Shown in pieces: positions 39,171 through 48,417 of a stretch of 64,000 nt of DNA; the first letter of the stretch is position 1; the number at the start of each line of letters is the position of its first letter. The DNA comes from Cenarchaeum sp. (GTDB taxonomy: Archaea > Thermoproteota > Nitrososphaeria > Nitrososphaerales > Nitrosopumilaceae). The notes below the pieces were generated by a model. That model made no database searches. It saw only the letters and a program-made list of their open reading frames with translations, and was not told the DNA's origin. The position numbers and the translations under genes are program-made. Where the stretch lies: positions 1,280,001 to 1,344,000 of the forward strand of contig OY843584.1 in NCBI GenBank assembly GCA_963692915.1. Reading direction: 5' to 3'.

Positions 39171-40202
39171 CTATGACACAAAGAGCGGCGCATTCCCATG
39201 GTACTCGGCTAGGCAAGAGTCGTACGTCCTCTCATACCACACCCTGTCATACGTCGAAAAGTGGCTCTGCACCGTGGGCGGCAGCCGCGAGAGCCTCTGC
39301 GCAAAGTCATGGTTTCTCCTCGTGATGTCCCCGAACACGTCAGCATGGGGCAGCCGGTCATGCTTGCGCAGGTTGCACGACGCGCATGCGGCGACACAGT
39401 TGTACGTCTCGGTCGAAAAGACATAGTTGTACGGGATGACGTGGTCGATGTGGCGCTTTTTGGGCCTGCCGTACGGCGAGTCGCAGTAAAAGCAGCGCTC
39501 CTCCTGTTCATAGTCAAGAACGCGCCTGGCTGACGGATGCAGCAGCCTGCTCGGATAGTTGTCCTCGTCAAGCTTTGCGGCTATCTGTGGCGTCATCTTG
39601 TTGAACTTTTCGAGGTGTGTCGCAAGCTTGTAGTTGATCCCGTGCTTTATGATCGTGCGATGATCCCTGAGAAAGGGGATAATGTTGGTGTTGAGCACTA
39701 TCTTGTTGGTTCCCTTTTGACGGACATACAGATCATTCATGTCAGTCAGGAGGTACTTTAGGACCTGTGGCTTTATGCTAGAGTTAATCACGTTCTTTAG
39801 GAAATCCTCGTTGGTTCGAGCTGATAGGGCGTCAACTGTCGGGGGCTTTTTGTAGTTGCGCAGCTTGTGATGCTCTTTGATTATGCGCACAATGCTGGCA
39901 TCGGTGCGGTTTGGGGATTGTTTTAGCCTAAAGGAGTGCTCCATGTCCCAATAGTATTTGGCAAACCTGGCCGCAATAAAGTTGAGGTCAAGCGTGAGGG
40001 TGTCGCCGTCGACCTCAATCCACTTACTGCCCGCCAGGTTGTTGTTGGAGCCGCCAATGTTGTACTTGCTCAGGTCAAGCAGGCATTTTAGGAACACCGG
40101 CTTGTATGTGCTTGACATCTTGCCGCGCGTAAAGAACTGGTTGAACATTCGCACGTATTCGGTGTCAGGGTCAGCCGACCCGTCCTGCGCATGACGGTCC
40201 AT
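39171..40202 (-). CDS. HNH endonuclease, close paralogue of 28406..29482
   Basis: Identical RGKMSSTYKPVFLKCLLD, plus KYYWDME and CFYC...DHVIP...CASCN..K. Confidence 0.85.
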   Translation of the reverse strand: MDRHAQDGSADPDTEYVRMFNQFFTRGKMSSTYKPVFLKCLLDLSKYNIGGSNNNLAGSKWIEVDGDTLTLDLNFIAARFAKYYWDMEHSFRLKQSPNRTDASIVRIIKEHHKLRNYKKPPTVDALSARTNEDFLKNVINSSIKPQVLKYLLTDMNDLYVRQKGTNKIVLNTNIIPFLRDHRTIIKHGINYKLATHLEKFNKMTPQIAAKLDEDNYPSRLLHPSARRVLDYEQEERCFYCDSPYGRPKKRHIDHVIPYNYVFSTETYNCVAACASCNLRKHDRLPHADVFGDITRRNHDFAQRLSRLPPTVQSHFSTYDRVWYERTYDSCLAEYHGNAPLFVS

Positions 40203-40263
40203 CCTCGCAAAGGCGCGGGGCGCCCCATCATAAGCATTGCCGGATATGCCAACGTGGGTGTGG

Positions 40264-41034
40264 CTAGTGATCCTTTGTGTCGACGCCTTTGGCCAGCCTC
40301 TGCGCTTCTTCGGCCTCATCAACTCTCCCGAGTATCTCCAAAACCTGCGCCCTGACCGTGTGCGCCATGCCAAGGCCCCCATCAAGTGCGACGGCTCGAT
40401 CGACAGCAGCTAGTGCGACATCAGGAAGGCCAAATGCGAGGAGTGTGCCAGCACGGCATGTGTGCGCATACGCGTCTTTTGGCGCAAGTGATATCGCGTG
40501 CTCGAATGACTTTAGCGCTTCTTCATGCTTGCCCAGTCCACGCAGCGCGTGACCGAGGGCGATATGCACCGAGGGCTCGGACGCATCCAGGGAAGCTGCG
40601 CGCCTCAATGGCTCTAGCGCCTCTTTATGGCGACCAAGCGCAATGAGCGAGCGCCCCATGCCAAGGAACGCACCCACACTGCCGTCAACCTCTGCTGCGC
40701 GCCTGAATGACTCTAGGGCCTCGGTAGGCCGACCAAGGTCAAGCAGCGATATGCCGCAACACGCGTGCGTTGCGGCATCAGTCGGCCTCACCATGGCCGC
40801 GCACCGGAACGACTCCAATGCCATCGCGGGCCGACCGAGGACCATCTGCGCGTGACCGCAGCCCATATGCGCATCAGCGTCTCGTATGTCCAGCGAGACT
40901 GCGCGCTCAAATGACTCTAGTGCATCAGCGGGACGATCAAGATCCATAAGCGTCTCGCCATGACCCACATGCGTTGCGGCGTTTTCGCGGACAGGTGCCA
41001 TGTCGATATATCGCTCAAGTGTGCCAGTCTCCAT
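40264..41034 (-). CDS. Tetratricopeptide repeat protein
   Basis: About 7 TPR units (LGRP.EALESF.RA). Confidence 0.88.
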   Translation of the reverse strand: METGTLERYIDMAPVRENAATHVGHGETLMDLDRPADALESFERAVSLDIRDADAHMGCGHAQMVLGRPAMALESFRCAAMVRPTDAATHACCGISLLDLGRPTEALESFRRAAEVDGSVGAFLGMGRSLIALGRHKEALEPLRRAASLDASEPSVHIALGHALRGLGKHEEALKSFEHAISLAPKDAYAHTCRAGTLLAFGLPDVALAAVDRAVALDGGLGMAHTVRAQVLEILGRVDEAEEAQRLAKGVDTKDH

Positions 41035-41198
41035 GGTGACACGCGCGACACTGCAACCCTATTTGATTCGAGGCGTGCGATCAGGATCCCAGGTGTGCGC
41101 GAGACATGCGCCATTCTCTCGCTGTGGGTTGCCTCGTGGAGTGCCGGTTTCGCAATTCCGGAAATATACAAATAGGCCATGGGCACACGGCGAGTCCC

Positions 41199-42431
41199 AT
41201 GAGTTCGAGGCTCAAAGGAAGAGATCGCCCTACCGGGCGAGTCGGCAAGGCACATGCTGCCTCACGCGCACTAGTGAACCACGGCAATATGCTTGCCAGT
41301 ATCTACACCGCCAGGGACATCAATGTCATCAGGGAGAGGCTCGACGAGATTCTCAAGACGAACATGGGAACAGAAATCATCGCCGAGGGCAGCCCTGTCA
41401 GAGGGAGGCAAAAGGGGGCGCCGAGGGTCGTCCCCGCCCAGTTCGACGACAGGACGGGCATGGAGCTAAACGCGGTCCTAAAGGAGCTCAAAAGGGTGAT
41501 TGGCAGGTATGGCGACGCCAGAGGCAGCCCCAAAAAGATGGACAAGTGGCGCGACGAGATGGAGCGCCTGACGCAGCGCAAGGAGGAGCTAGAGTGCAGG
41601 TGGGGAGACGCGACGACTAGGTCGTCCACAAAAGACTGGCTAAAGATCGACGGGGTTCCCGAGTTCGATTCACTCTTGCGAATGAGGGACGACAAGCCGG
41701 ATCTCGAGATCATAAAGGGCGGCAAGAAAGGCAAGCGCGGCTGGCAGGAAGCCTATGCGTACAAGACCTTTCCCTACAGAAAGCTCACGTCAAGGACAAT
41801 AGACGATGGGCGCAAGAGGTACAACGCCGCCAGGAACGCGGCGCAGAACGCCATAAGGGCGCTTGACATTGTCATTCCGGGACTTCGTGTGACATGGAAA
41901 AATGATACTGCATTGGGGACGTATGATGACGAAAACAACACCATAGACATTGGCCTCGGCGAGATCGCCGCAGCAACAAAATCCCAAAAGGGAGCGCACA
42001 ATTTGGCTGTGCAGATAATAAAGCACGAGTTTGCGCGTGCCATCTGGAGGCGCATGGACATGGAGACGCGTAGGGAGTGGATGGGGGTGGTCAGGAGCAT
42101 TGGTCCCATGTCCGACGATGATCGAAATCGCAGGGATGGCGCCAAGGACGGAATCCACTTCCTTGGCACATGCAGGTTCGGCAAGGAAGCAGATGTGCGC
42201 AGCGACAAGGAGCTCGGATGGCTCTTTGCGGCCGCCGAGTCGCACAGCATAGTGCTCGAGGCCGTTGGCGCCGACGAGGAGGACTACTATAATCCCAACA
42301 AGAACTTTGACCTAGATAACAATCCCAAGCAGATTGCCAAGTACCGCAGGAACCGCAATCGACTCCTCAAGGCATACAAGCGCATGTTCGGCCACCTAGG
42401 CGTAGCAGAGAACTTTGCCAAGATCTCCTAG
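41199..42431 (+). CDS. Hypothetical protein with a degenerate zincin-like motif
   Basis: Long K/R-rich ORF containing GTYD...I.I...IIKHEFAR. Start estimated. Confidence 0.55.
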   Translation: MSSRLKGRDRPTGRVGKAHAASRALVNHGNMLASIYTARDINVIRERLDEILKTNMGTEIIAEGSPVRGRQKGAPRVVPAQFDDRTGMELNAVLKELKRVIGRYGDARGSPKKMDKWRDEMERLTQRKEELECRWGDATTRSSTKDWLKIDGVPEFDSLLRMRDDKPDLEIIKGGKKGKRGWQEAYAYKTFPYRKLTSRTIDDGRKRYNAARNAAQNAIRALDIVIPGLRVTWKNDTALGTYDDENNTIDIGLGEIAAATKSQKGAHNLAVQIIKHEFARAIWRRMDMETRREWMGVVRSIGPMSDDDRNRRDGAKDGIHFLGTCRFGKEADVRSDKELGWLFAAAESHSIVLEAVGADEEDYYNPNKNFDLDNNPKQIAKYRRNRNRLLKAYKRMFGHLGVAENFAKIS

Positions 42432-42653
42432 CGCTAGCATGTCACGGGGCATGAGCGCGCACCCAGTCGCGATATGAGCAGCCAGGCGATGGCCCATGAC
42501 TGACCGCAACATTGGCGAGCTCGAGGATCGCGCAAACATGCTCTAGTCATGCGAGTTTTACCTGCCCACGTACCCGCGGCCCTGGGCACCCGCGCGCGCC
42601 CACACGCCCCTGCCCCATCTGGATAAATAGGGGCGCCCCTGCGCGCCTGACCC

Positions 42654-43007
42654 ATGCCCAGCGTGTTTGACATTATCATCATCGGCCTCGGCGTCTTTGT
42701 TGCCGCCGGCACGGTCTATATCGCGATCTATTCGATAACGCCCGAGAAATGGCCAGATGACACGCCGGCGCACATCGCCGAGGGGTGCCTTGCGGAGGCC
42801 AAGGCCCAGTGGTGCTCGGCGATCCTCGCCCTGGCGTGGGCGGCATCAGAGTGCGCCGAGACGGACTATGGCGAGTACGAGGGGTGCATGAACACCGAGT
42901 TCGCCGAGCGCGGCGGCAACCGCAACGACATATCCTCAGATTTGTGGCCCGTCTTTTGGGGCAAGGACACGGCACTCTGGGACCTCGTCGACGAGATACC
43001 CGAGTGA
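42654..43007 (+). CDS. Membrane-anchored hypothetical protein
   Basis: N-terminal TM helix followed by an acidic Cys-containing domain. Confidence 0.55.
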   Translation: MPSVFDIIIIGLGVFVAAGTVYIAIYSITPEKWPDDTPAHIAEGCLAEAKAQWCSAILALAWAASECAETDYGEYEGCMNTEFAERGGNRNDISSDLWPVFWGKDTALWDLVDEIPE

Positions 43008-43008
43008 G

Positions 43009-43110
43009 TCAGCACCCAAAGCCCAGAACCTCCATTGCAATGATCGCAGCGCCCGTCGCAATCCCGCCGACTCCGACGTACATGAATGCGGCCGTCAGCC
43101 TGTCGTTCAT
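43009..43110 (-). CDS. 33-aa hydrophobic microprotein
   Basis: MNDRLTAAFMYVGVGGIATGAAIIAMEVLGFGC*, a tandem paralogue of 43115..43216. Confidence 0.55.
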   Translation of the reverse strand: MNDRLTAAFMYVGVGGIATGAAIIAMEVLGFGC

Positions 43111-43114
43111 CGGC

Positions 43115-43216
43115 TCAGCACCCATACCCCAGCGCGTGAACAGAGATGACGGCAACGCCGACGACAATGAGGCCGTATGCGGCCAGGACGAGTGAGCGGC
43201 TCCTTTCCCTTTTCAT
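43115..43216 (-). CDS. 33-aa hydrophobic microprotein
   Basis: MKRERSRSLVLAAYGLIVVGVAVISVHALGYGC*. Confidence 0.55.
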   Translation of the reverse strand: MKRERSRSLVLAAYGLIVVGVAVISVHALGYGC

Positions 43217-43326
43217 GCCAGAGCGGTGCCCCCGTGTGCCATCTGACATGCCTGCGCCCTGACGGGGATTTAGGTGTCGCGCGCCCAAACCCCTTTAAGG
43301 CCGTCTCTGGCGCGCGCACTGCAGAG

Positions 43327-43839
43327 ATGGCCTTTGTGATATGGATGACGGGCCTGCCCTGCTCGGGCAAGACTACCATCGTGCGCGAGCTCCAAAAGTC
43401 AGTCCCAAACCTCGCAATGCTAGACGGCGACGAGCTGCGCGAGTGGCTCTCGCCCAAGGACTTTACAAAGGCTGGCCGTGATGAGCACAACGTAAAGGTC
43501 GCCCACCTCGCGCGCCTCCTCCACGGCCACGGCGTGCCCGTCGCAGTATCGCTTGTCAGCCCATACATCGAGAACCGCAGCCGCGCGCGCGACATTGTCA
43601 ACGCAGGCGACGCATTTGCCGAGGTCTACGTAAAGTGCGCCCTAGAGCGCTGCGAGGAGCGCGACGTAAAGGGCATGTACAAAAAGGCCCGAAGCGGCGA
43701 GATAGCCACGTTCACCGGCGTGAGTGACCCCTATGAGGAGCCGCCGTCACCGGACATCACAGTCGACACACAGTCCGAGGGCGTCGCCGAGTCGGCCCGT
43801 AAAATATCCGAGTTTCTCGCATCGCGAAAGCTCGCCTAG
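43327..43839 (+). CDS. cysC: Adenylyl-sulfate kinase
   Basis: WMTGLPCSGKTT, LDGD, RDVKGMY, FTGVSDPYE. Confidence 0.95.
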   Translation: MAFVIWMTGLPCSGKTTIVRELQKSVPNLAMLDGDELREWLSPKDFTKAGRDEHNVKVAHLARLLHGHGVPVAVSLVSPYIENRSRARDIVNAGDAFAEVYVKCALERCEERDVKGMYKKARSGEIATFTGVSDPYEEPPSPDITVDTQSEGVAESARKISEFLASRKLA

Positions 43840-44681
43840 GCCAGGGCCGCGCGGCACTCACCGGCTGCGATATCGTGTATGCGCCCGCCGCTGCTCGCGA
43901 TGATTCCGTGCGTGTGCGCGACGCTCTGCGGGCCATACTCTAGCTCGCCGCCGAGCGCATCAGTCATGCGCCCGCCGGCCTCAGTCACGACACACCATGA
44001 CGCGCACGTGTCCCACTGTTTCATCCTGTCTGTCGTCGTCACGTAAATGTCAGCCGTGCCCGCAGCTACATTGCACGCCTTTATCGAGCTGCCGACGGGA
44101 ACCGTCTCGGCGACGCCGAGTGACTTTAGGACTGCGCGGTCCACCTCAGAGAGGTGGTTCCTGCTGCAGACTGCGCGGCACTCTGACGTCTCGCGTTCAG
44201 GCCCCACGCGAAGCCTGCTCCAGGCGCCCTCGACTCCGCGAAACGAGCCGGCCCCGTCCTGCGCCACAAAGACTGCGCGCGCGGCCGGCTGCACGATGAC
44301 GCCGAGGACTGGCCTGCCGGCGCGCACGAGGCCGGCCATTATCGTAAACTCGCCGGTCCGCGCGACATAGTCAGCCGTCCCGTCAAGCGGGTCCACAATC
44401 CACGCAGTCTCGGCAGCCGCACGCGAGGCCGCCTCGCCCTCTTCGGAGAGCACGGCGTGGCCGGTCTTTGCAAGCGCGTCAGATATGATGCGGTGCGATG
44501 ACATGTCCGCATCAGTCACCGGCGAACCGTCATCCTTTGCCCTGGCCCCGTGCTCGCCGGCGTATATCGCCATGACGGCATCAGAGGCCTCGCCGAGGGC
44601 CGCCATGGCCACTGCGAGCTCGGGCATTGCGTGCGGGATTGGCGGCTCGCCGAGTGCGCAGAGCCAGCCGGGGGCGTCCAT
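43836..44681 (-). CDS. cysQ: 3'(2'),5'-bisphosphate nucleotidase
   Basis: SPVTDAD, SEE, WIVDPLDGT, GSS.K, WDTCA. Confidence 0.92.
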   Translation of the reverse strand: MDAPGWLCALGEPPIPHAMPELAVAMAALGEASDAVMAIYAGEHGARAKDDGSPVTDADMSSHRIISDALAKTGHAVLSEEGEAASRAAAETAWIVDPLDGTADYVARTGEFTIMAGLVRAGRPVLGVIVQPAARAVFVAQDGAGSFRGVEGAWSRLRVGPERETSECRAVCSRNHLSEVDRAVLKSLGVAETVPVGSSIKACNVAAGTADIYVTTTDRMKQWDTCASWCVVTEAGGRMTDALGGELEYGPQSVAHTHGIIASSGGRIHDIAAGECRAALA

Positions 44682-44682
44682 C

Positions 44683-44880
44683 TCAGGATGCCAGCTCTGG
44701 GCGCGCCGACCAGACGATGCCCAGCATCACAAACGGTATGGACATTATTCCGACGATCCCAAGTATGGTATACAGCGACGCGTCGCTGACTGCCTCGTTG
44801 CCGATGAGCCATGGGAGTGGCAGCGAGATGACAAACCAGATCGACGCGAGTAGTATGTAGAGCCGCACGCGCGAGCGCAT
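44683..44880 (-). CDS. Small membrane protein
   Basis: Two TM helices, directly upstream of cysQ. Confidence 0.6.
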   Translation of the reverse strand: MRSRVRLYILLASIWFVISLPLPWLIGNEAVSDASLYTILGIVGIMSIPFVMLGIVWSARPELAS

Positions 44881-44999
44881 TATGGCGATCCGGCGCGCAC
44901 GGCGTCCTAATAACGTGACCGCCCTGATCAGAAATTTCAACATTTATGATATTTTAATGGAATATTTTATGCCAAGTGTTATATATTCAGGCCGTTATA

Positions 45000-45126
45000 G
45001 TGGGATTGCAGTTGAAGGTTGCAAAATCCACGACTGCGACGGTGACCCCAGGGGGCGCAAGAACACGCCCTGCCTCGGCAGGGGCCGGGAGGCAATCTCC
45101 CCATGCTCCCCGTTCAATGGGGTCAC
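45000..45126 (+). ncRNA. Candidate structured RNA (hairpin plus multi-stem junction)
   Basis: GTGACCCCA/TGGGGTCAC closing stem with nested stems, and a TATA-like ttatatat upstream. Family not recognised. Confidence 0.35.
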
Positions 45127-45566
45127 GGTTTCTTGTACAGGCTGACTGAGACGGATCCGTTCACAGAGCCGTTTGGGTCCACAGTTACCGTGAGTGAGCC
45201 GGCGGCGGCGACCTCTAGGGCGCGGTGGCCAGTATAGTCCCACGTATAGTACTCGGCAGCCTCGGTTCCCTGACGCTCGCTTGTGAGCAGAAAGGTCTCG
45301 GAGAACGCCGTCAGGCCATCACCGCCGACTGTGACTGTGAGGCGCGGCGGCGAGTCGCCGTTGGGCACAAAGCGCAGCTCGTGCGTGCCGGCTGCCAGCT
45401 CGACTGTCCTCGCATAGACGCCGTTCTCATAGAGCGCGGGGTCTGCAAGCGTGGCGTGAAAGACCGGCTCGGGCGCGTCGATATCACCTGAAAATGTCGT
45501 CGCAAAGGCGTACGCGCAGACTGTGACTGCGGCGATGATGACGAGCGTGATTAGGCGTCCTCTCAC
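45123..45566 (-). CDS. Secreted or membrane-anchored hypothetical protein
   Basis: N-terminal TM helix, then TLADP..Y and FVPNGDSP beta-rich domain. Start estimated. Confidence 0.65.
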   Translation of the reverse strand: MRGRLITLVIIAAVTVCAYAFATTFSGDIDAPEPVFHATLADPALYENGVYARTVELAAGTHELRFVPNGDSPPRLTVTVGGDGLTAFSETFLLTSERQGTEAAEYYTWDYTGHRALEVAAAGSLTVTVDPNGSVNGSVSVSLYKKP

Positions 45567-45670
45567 GGGGAACCCACTCGTGAGGGGCGTAAATATAGCT
45601 TTAGCCCTTGTCAAACCAAGCTCACACTCGGGGTTAAGAGCTCTGTGGGCCAACACGCATATCGAGAGGC

Positions 45671-46324
45671 ATGGCAAGCTTTCAAAAGACATGGAATAAG
45701 CCCGCACAGCAGGGAATCAGCACAAAGGTCGGCTCGCTCGTAAAGCCGCAAGGCGCGCTAAAGCCCAGGGTCGAGGCGGCCATAGCCAGGATTCAGAAAC
45801 AGGGCGCAAAGCTTGACGCAATGCTCGCAAAGCTGCGCGATCGCGACGCGGCCGTCTTTTCAAAGGTTGTCGAGGCGACACAGCGCCATGACACGGCCGG
45901 CGCAAAGGTCCTCTCGTGCGAGCTCATCGAGATACGCAAGGTCTCGCGCGTTCTAGGCAACGCGCGCATGGCCCTCCAAAAGGTCGAGCTCCGCCTCACG
46001 ACGGCGCACGACGTGGGCGACACGCTAGTTGCGATAATGCCGACGATCGGCGTGATGAACGGCATGAAGTCCTCACTCTCAAAGTTCATGCCCGGCGCAG
46101 ACCAGGAGATATCGAGAATGTCCGAGGTTCTTGGCGGCATGGTCGGCGAGTCATTTGGCGACGGTGGCGCCTTTGGGCAGGACACGACGATGACGCCCGA
46201 GGCCGAGAGCATACTCCAAGAGGCCGGTGCTGTCGCCGAGGTCAACGTCGGCGGAAACCTGCCGCAGATGCCCGCAGAGGTCGGCGAGTCGACATCCGAG
46301 ACATCAGAGTCAAAGTTCTTCTAG
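45671..46324 (+). CDS. Snf7/ESCRT-III (CdvB-paralogue) protein
   Basis: Helical hairpin (KLRDRD..F...A...EL.EIRK), LRL.T..DVGD and an acidic tail. Confidence 0.85.
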   Translation: MASFQKTWNKPAQQGISTKVGSLVKPQGALKPRVEAAIARIQKQGAKLDAMLAKLRDRDAAVFSKVVEATQRHDTAGAKVLSCELIEIRKVSRVLGNARMALQKVELRLTTAHDVGDTLVAIMPTIGVMNGMKSSLSKFMPGADQEISRMSEVLGGMVGESFGDGGAFGQDTTMTPEAESILQEAGAVAEVNVGGNLPQMPAEVGESTSETSESKFF

Positions 46325-46519
46325 CGCTCCTGCAATGGGGCATGGCGTGAAACAGTGTTTTTTTTCTCCTCGCGAGGGCTCACGCGCATAAGCAGGCCAG
46401 GCCAGCCATGGGCGCATTCACTCGACGCGCAGCGCAAGTCGAACATGTGCGTGATCCAAGTCGTGCAGCCCGCAGCACCCCATGGGATAGATATGCGCGC
46501 AGGTTTTGGGGGTGTGCGC

Positions 46520-47053
46520 CTATGCCGTGCCCGGCCTCTCATCGGGCCGGCCTGACTCGCGGAACGCGCGCGTCCTAGATGACTCGGCGTTGACGATCTC
46601 GTCGAGCTCGGTTATCATCGCGCGAAGCGTCGCCATGCGCTCGGCGGCCTCGACTGCTGCTGCCTCGACGGCGGCACGACGCTCCTTTAGGGCCGCTAGG
46701 CCGCGGCGCTCCTCCTCGATGTACTCTTGGATCTTTACGAGCTTTTCGCGCAGGTTCTTTACCTCGACGGACTCGTCCTCGATCTCCTTTTCTAGAACGG
46801 TTCGCTTGTCCTTTAGCGACTTTATCATTATGCCGACGCCGTCGACGGCAGCCTCAAGGCTGGCCCTGCGGCCCATGAGCGCGCTGATTCCAAGCTCGCT
46901 TCCATCCTGCGCGCCGACCCTCTCGGCGCCTCCCTGCCCCTGTGGCGTATCCTGCGCTGACGGGCCGGCCGGCCTGCCTGCCTCGCCCTGCTCTGGTGCT
47001 GCTGCGCTGACTCCGCCCTCGTCCTCGCCGCGCAACCTGTCAAATAGGCCCAT
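46520..47053 (-). CDS. Coiled-coil hypothetical protein
   Basis: MGLFDR start followed by a long heptad-repeat helix. Confidence 0.7.
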   Translation of the reverse strand: MGLFDRLRGEDEGGVSAAAPEQGEAGRPAGPSAQDTPQGQGGAERVGAQDGSELGISALMGRRASLEAAVDGVGIMIKSLKDKRTVLEKEIEDESVEVKNLREKLVKIQEYIEEERRGLAALKERRAAVEAAAVEAAERMATLRAMITELDEIVNAESSRTRAFRESGRPDERPGTA

Positions 47054-47130
47054 GGGCAAGGCGGCCAACGCGCGCATAATTAAAGATAAGTCTGCGCGCG
47101 TGCGCGTGGGCGCGCCGAGTGGCCCGAATT

Positions 47131-47543
47131 TGGCATGTGCCCAGAGGCCGCGTCACAGACGAGTCGGGCATGGGCCCTGCGGCTCTTGCGGGATGGTCAG
47201 GATTGCGGCTCGCCCCCATGGCCTCCGCTGGGAGGGGTCATGGGAGGCCTCGTGGCCACGGTGGCGAGTCAGTGCTTAAATTGGGGAACGCACCCACGCT
47301 GGAGCAGATATGTGGCGTCTACGGGTGCCACAGTCGAGCCGGGCCTGGTGTGCCGAGTTGCGGGATAGCCAGGACCGCAACTCTCACCTCATGGCCTCCG
47401 TTGGGTGGTTATGAGTGGCCACGTGGCGAGTCAGTGTTTAAATTGGGGTCGTATTTCACGCGGTGGCAGATGTGTGCGGCCCATAGGTAGCACAGTCGAG
47501 CCGGGCCTGGCTGTGCTGCTCTTGTGGGGTGGTCAGGACCGCA
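47131..47543 (+). ncRNA. Array A: three copies of the ~78-nt two-hairpin element (degenerate ~47131-47207; 47304-47379; 47466-47543)
   Basis: GCAGA.TGTG..CACAGTC-GAG-(C/T)CGG.CCTGG..CAGGACCGCA, with TATA boxes at 47275 and 47437. Confidence 0.7.
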
Positions 47544-47550
47544 TCCTTTC

Positions 47551-48294
47551 CTATCGCATCGACTTGCGGAGCATATGGGAGATCTTTGGCTCTAGCAACG
47601 CATACCAGCGGGCAAACGATTCTGGTTCCTCGTCTCCATTAACCTTGCCTATGATATACGCAACCATGTTGGCCAGCTGAATCTGGCTGCAGGACATGGA
47701 ATTCACAAAGACCGGCCTAGGCATGACGAGTCGGTCCATAGGCCCGCCTGCAGCCGCAATAGGGCGCAGGGTTTGCGCAATGGTCTTGCCAACAGTCATG
47801 CTGGTCTCGTCATTATACCTGTCAAGCAGGATCATGCTCACCTTGCCGGGGGGAGAGCTCAGCAGGGTTCGTCGGAGCAGAAAAGAGGCATAACCCCAGG
47901 ACTGGGCTGTTATTTGTGATGACTGGTGTGTGTCAGAGAAAGGGCGTTTGTCCATTATGACCACGTTGATTGTGGCGTTCATGTTCAGCACAATGTCCAC
48001 AATGCCGTCAAATATGGCATCATAGTGCATTTTGGCCAAATCTGCGTTTTTTGTGTGCTTGAATAGATGGTTTTTCATGGTATAAGCATGAAACTCCATT
48101 CGCTCTAGCTTGCGCCCGCCAAAATGTTTTTTCTTGAGCTCCTGCATGAACAGGCCAACCCGCTGCGATTCCCTTGCATCCATGGTGATCGTGGCGGTGA
48201 TGTAGTATGGGGTGTCAGCTATGCTCTTGGCAGAGCGCGACGGGTTGCCAGAGCTGTCACCGAACGTGAGCAGGACGTTTGTGTCGGGTTCCAT
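47551..48294 (-). CDS. DUF3800-family protein (QLAN variant)
   Basis: N-terminal FGDSSGN, EFHA, DK, LLD, and C-terminal S..IQLANMVAY. TATA ttttaag lies ~25 nt before the ATG. Confidence 0.8.
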   Translation of the reverse strand: MEPDTNVLLTFGDSSGNPSRSAKSIADTPYYITATITMDARESQRVGLFMQELKKKHFGGRKLERMEFHAYTMKNHLFKHTKNADLAKMHYDAIFDGIVDIVLNMNATINVVIMDKRPFSDTHQSSQITAQSWGYASFLLRRTLLSSPPGKVSMILLDRYNDETSMTVGKTIAQTLRPIAAAGGPMDRLVMPRPVFVNSMSCSQIQLANMVAYIIGKVNGDEEPESFARWYALLEPKISHMLRKSMR

Positions 48295-48417
48295 TGCGGT
48301 CGCTGCGCGATCATGCCCCTTAAAATGATGAGGCGGGAGGGCCGGCGATCATCCAAGGCGGTTGGCGTCGGTGGATCATGGTTTAGGGCGAGCCGCCCCC
48401 TGGGGCGCGTCAAAAGT

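Noticed and set aside
43327-44681. cysC/cysQ as part of the phosphorothioation island
   Set aside because: They are ordinary sulfate-assimilation genes with host-like composition. Dnd sulfur comes from cysteine via the desulfurase, so proximity alone is not evidence.
47304-47379. Repeat units as tRNAs, H/ACA or C/D guide RNAs
   Set aside because: They have tRNA-like length but only two hairpins. I found no T/D loops, no consistent 3' ACA with K-turn, and no C/D boxes.
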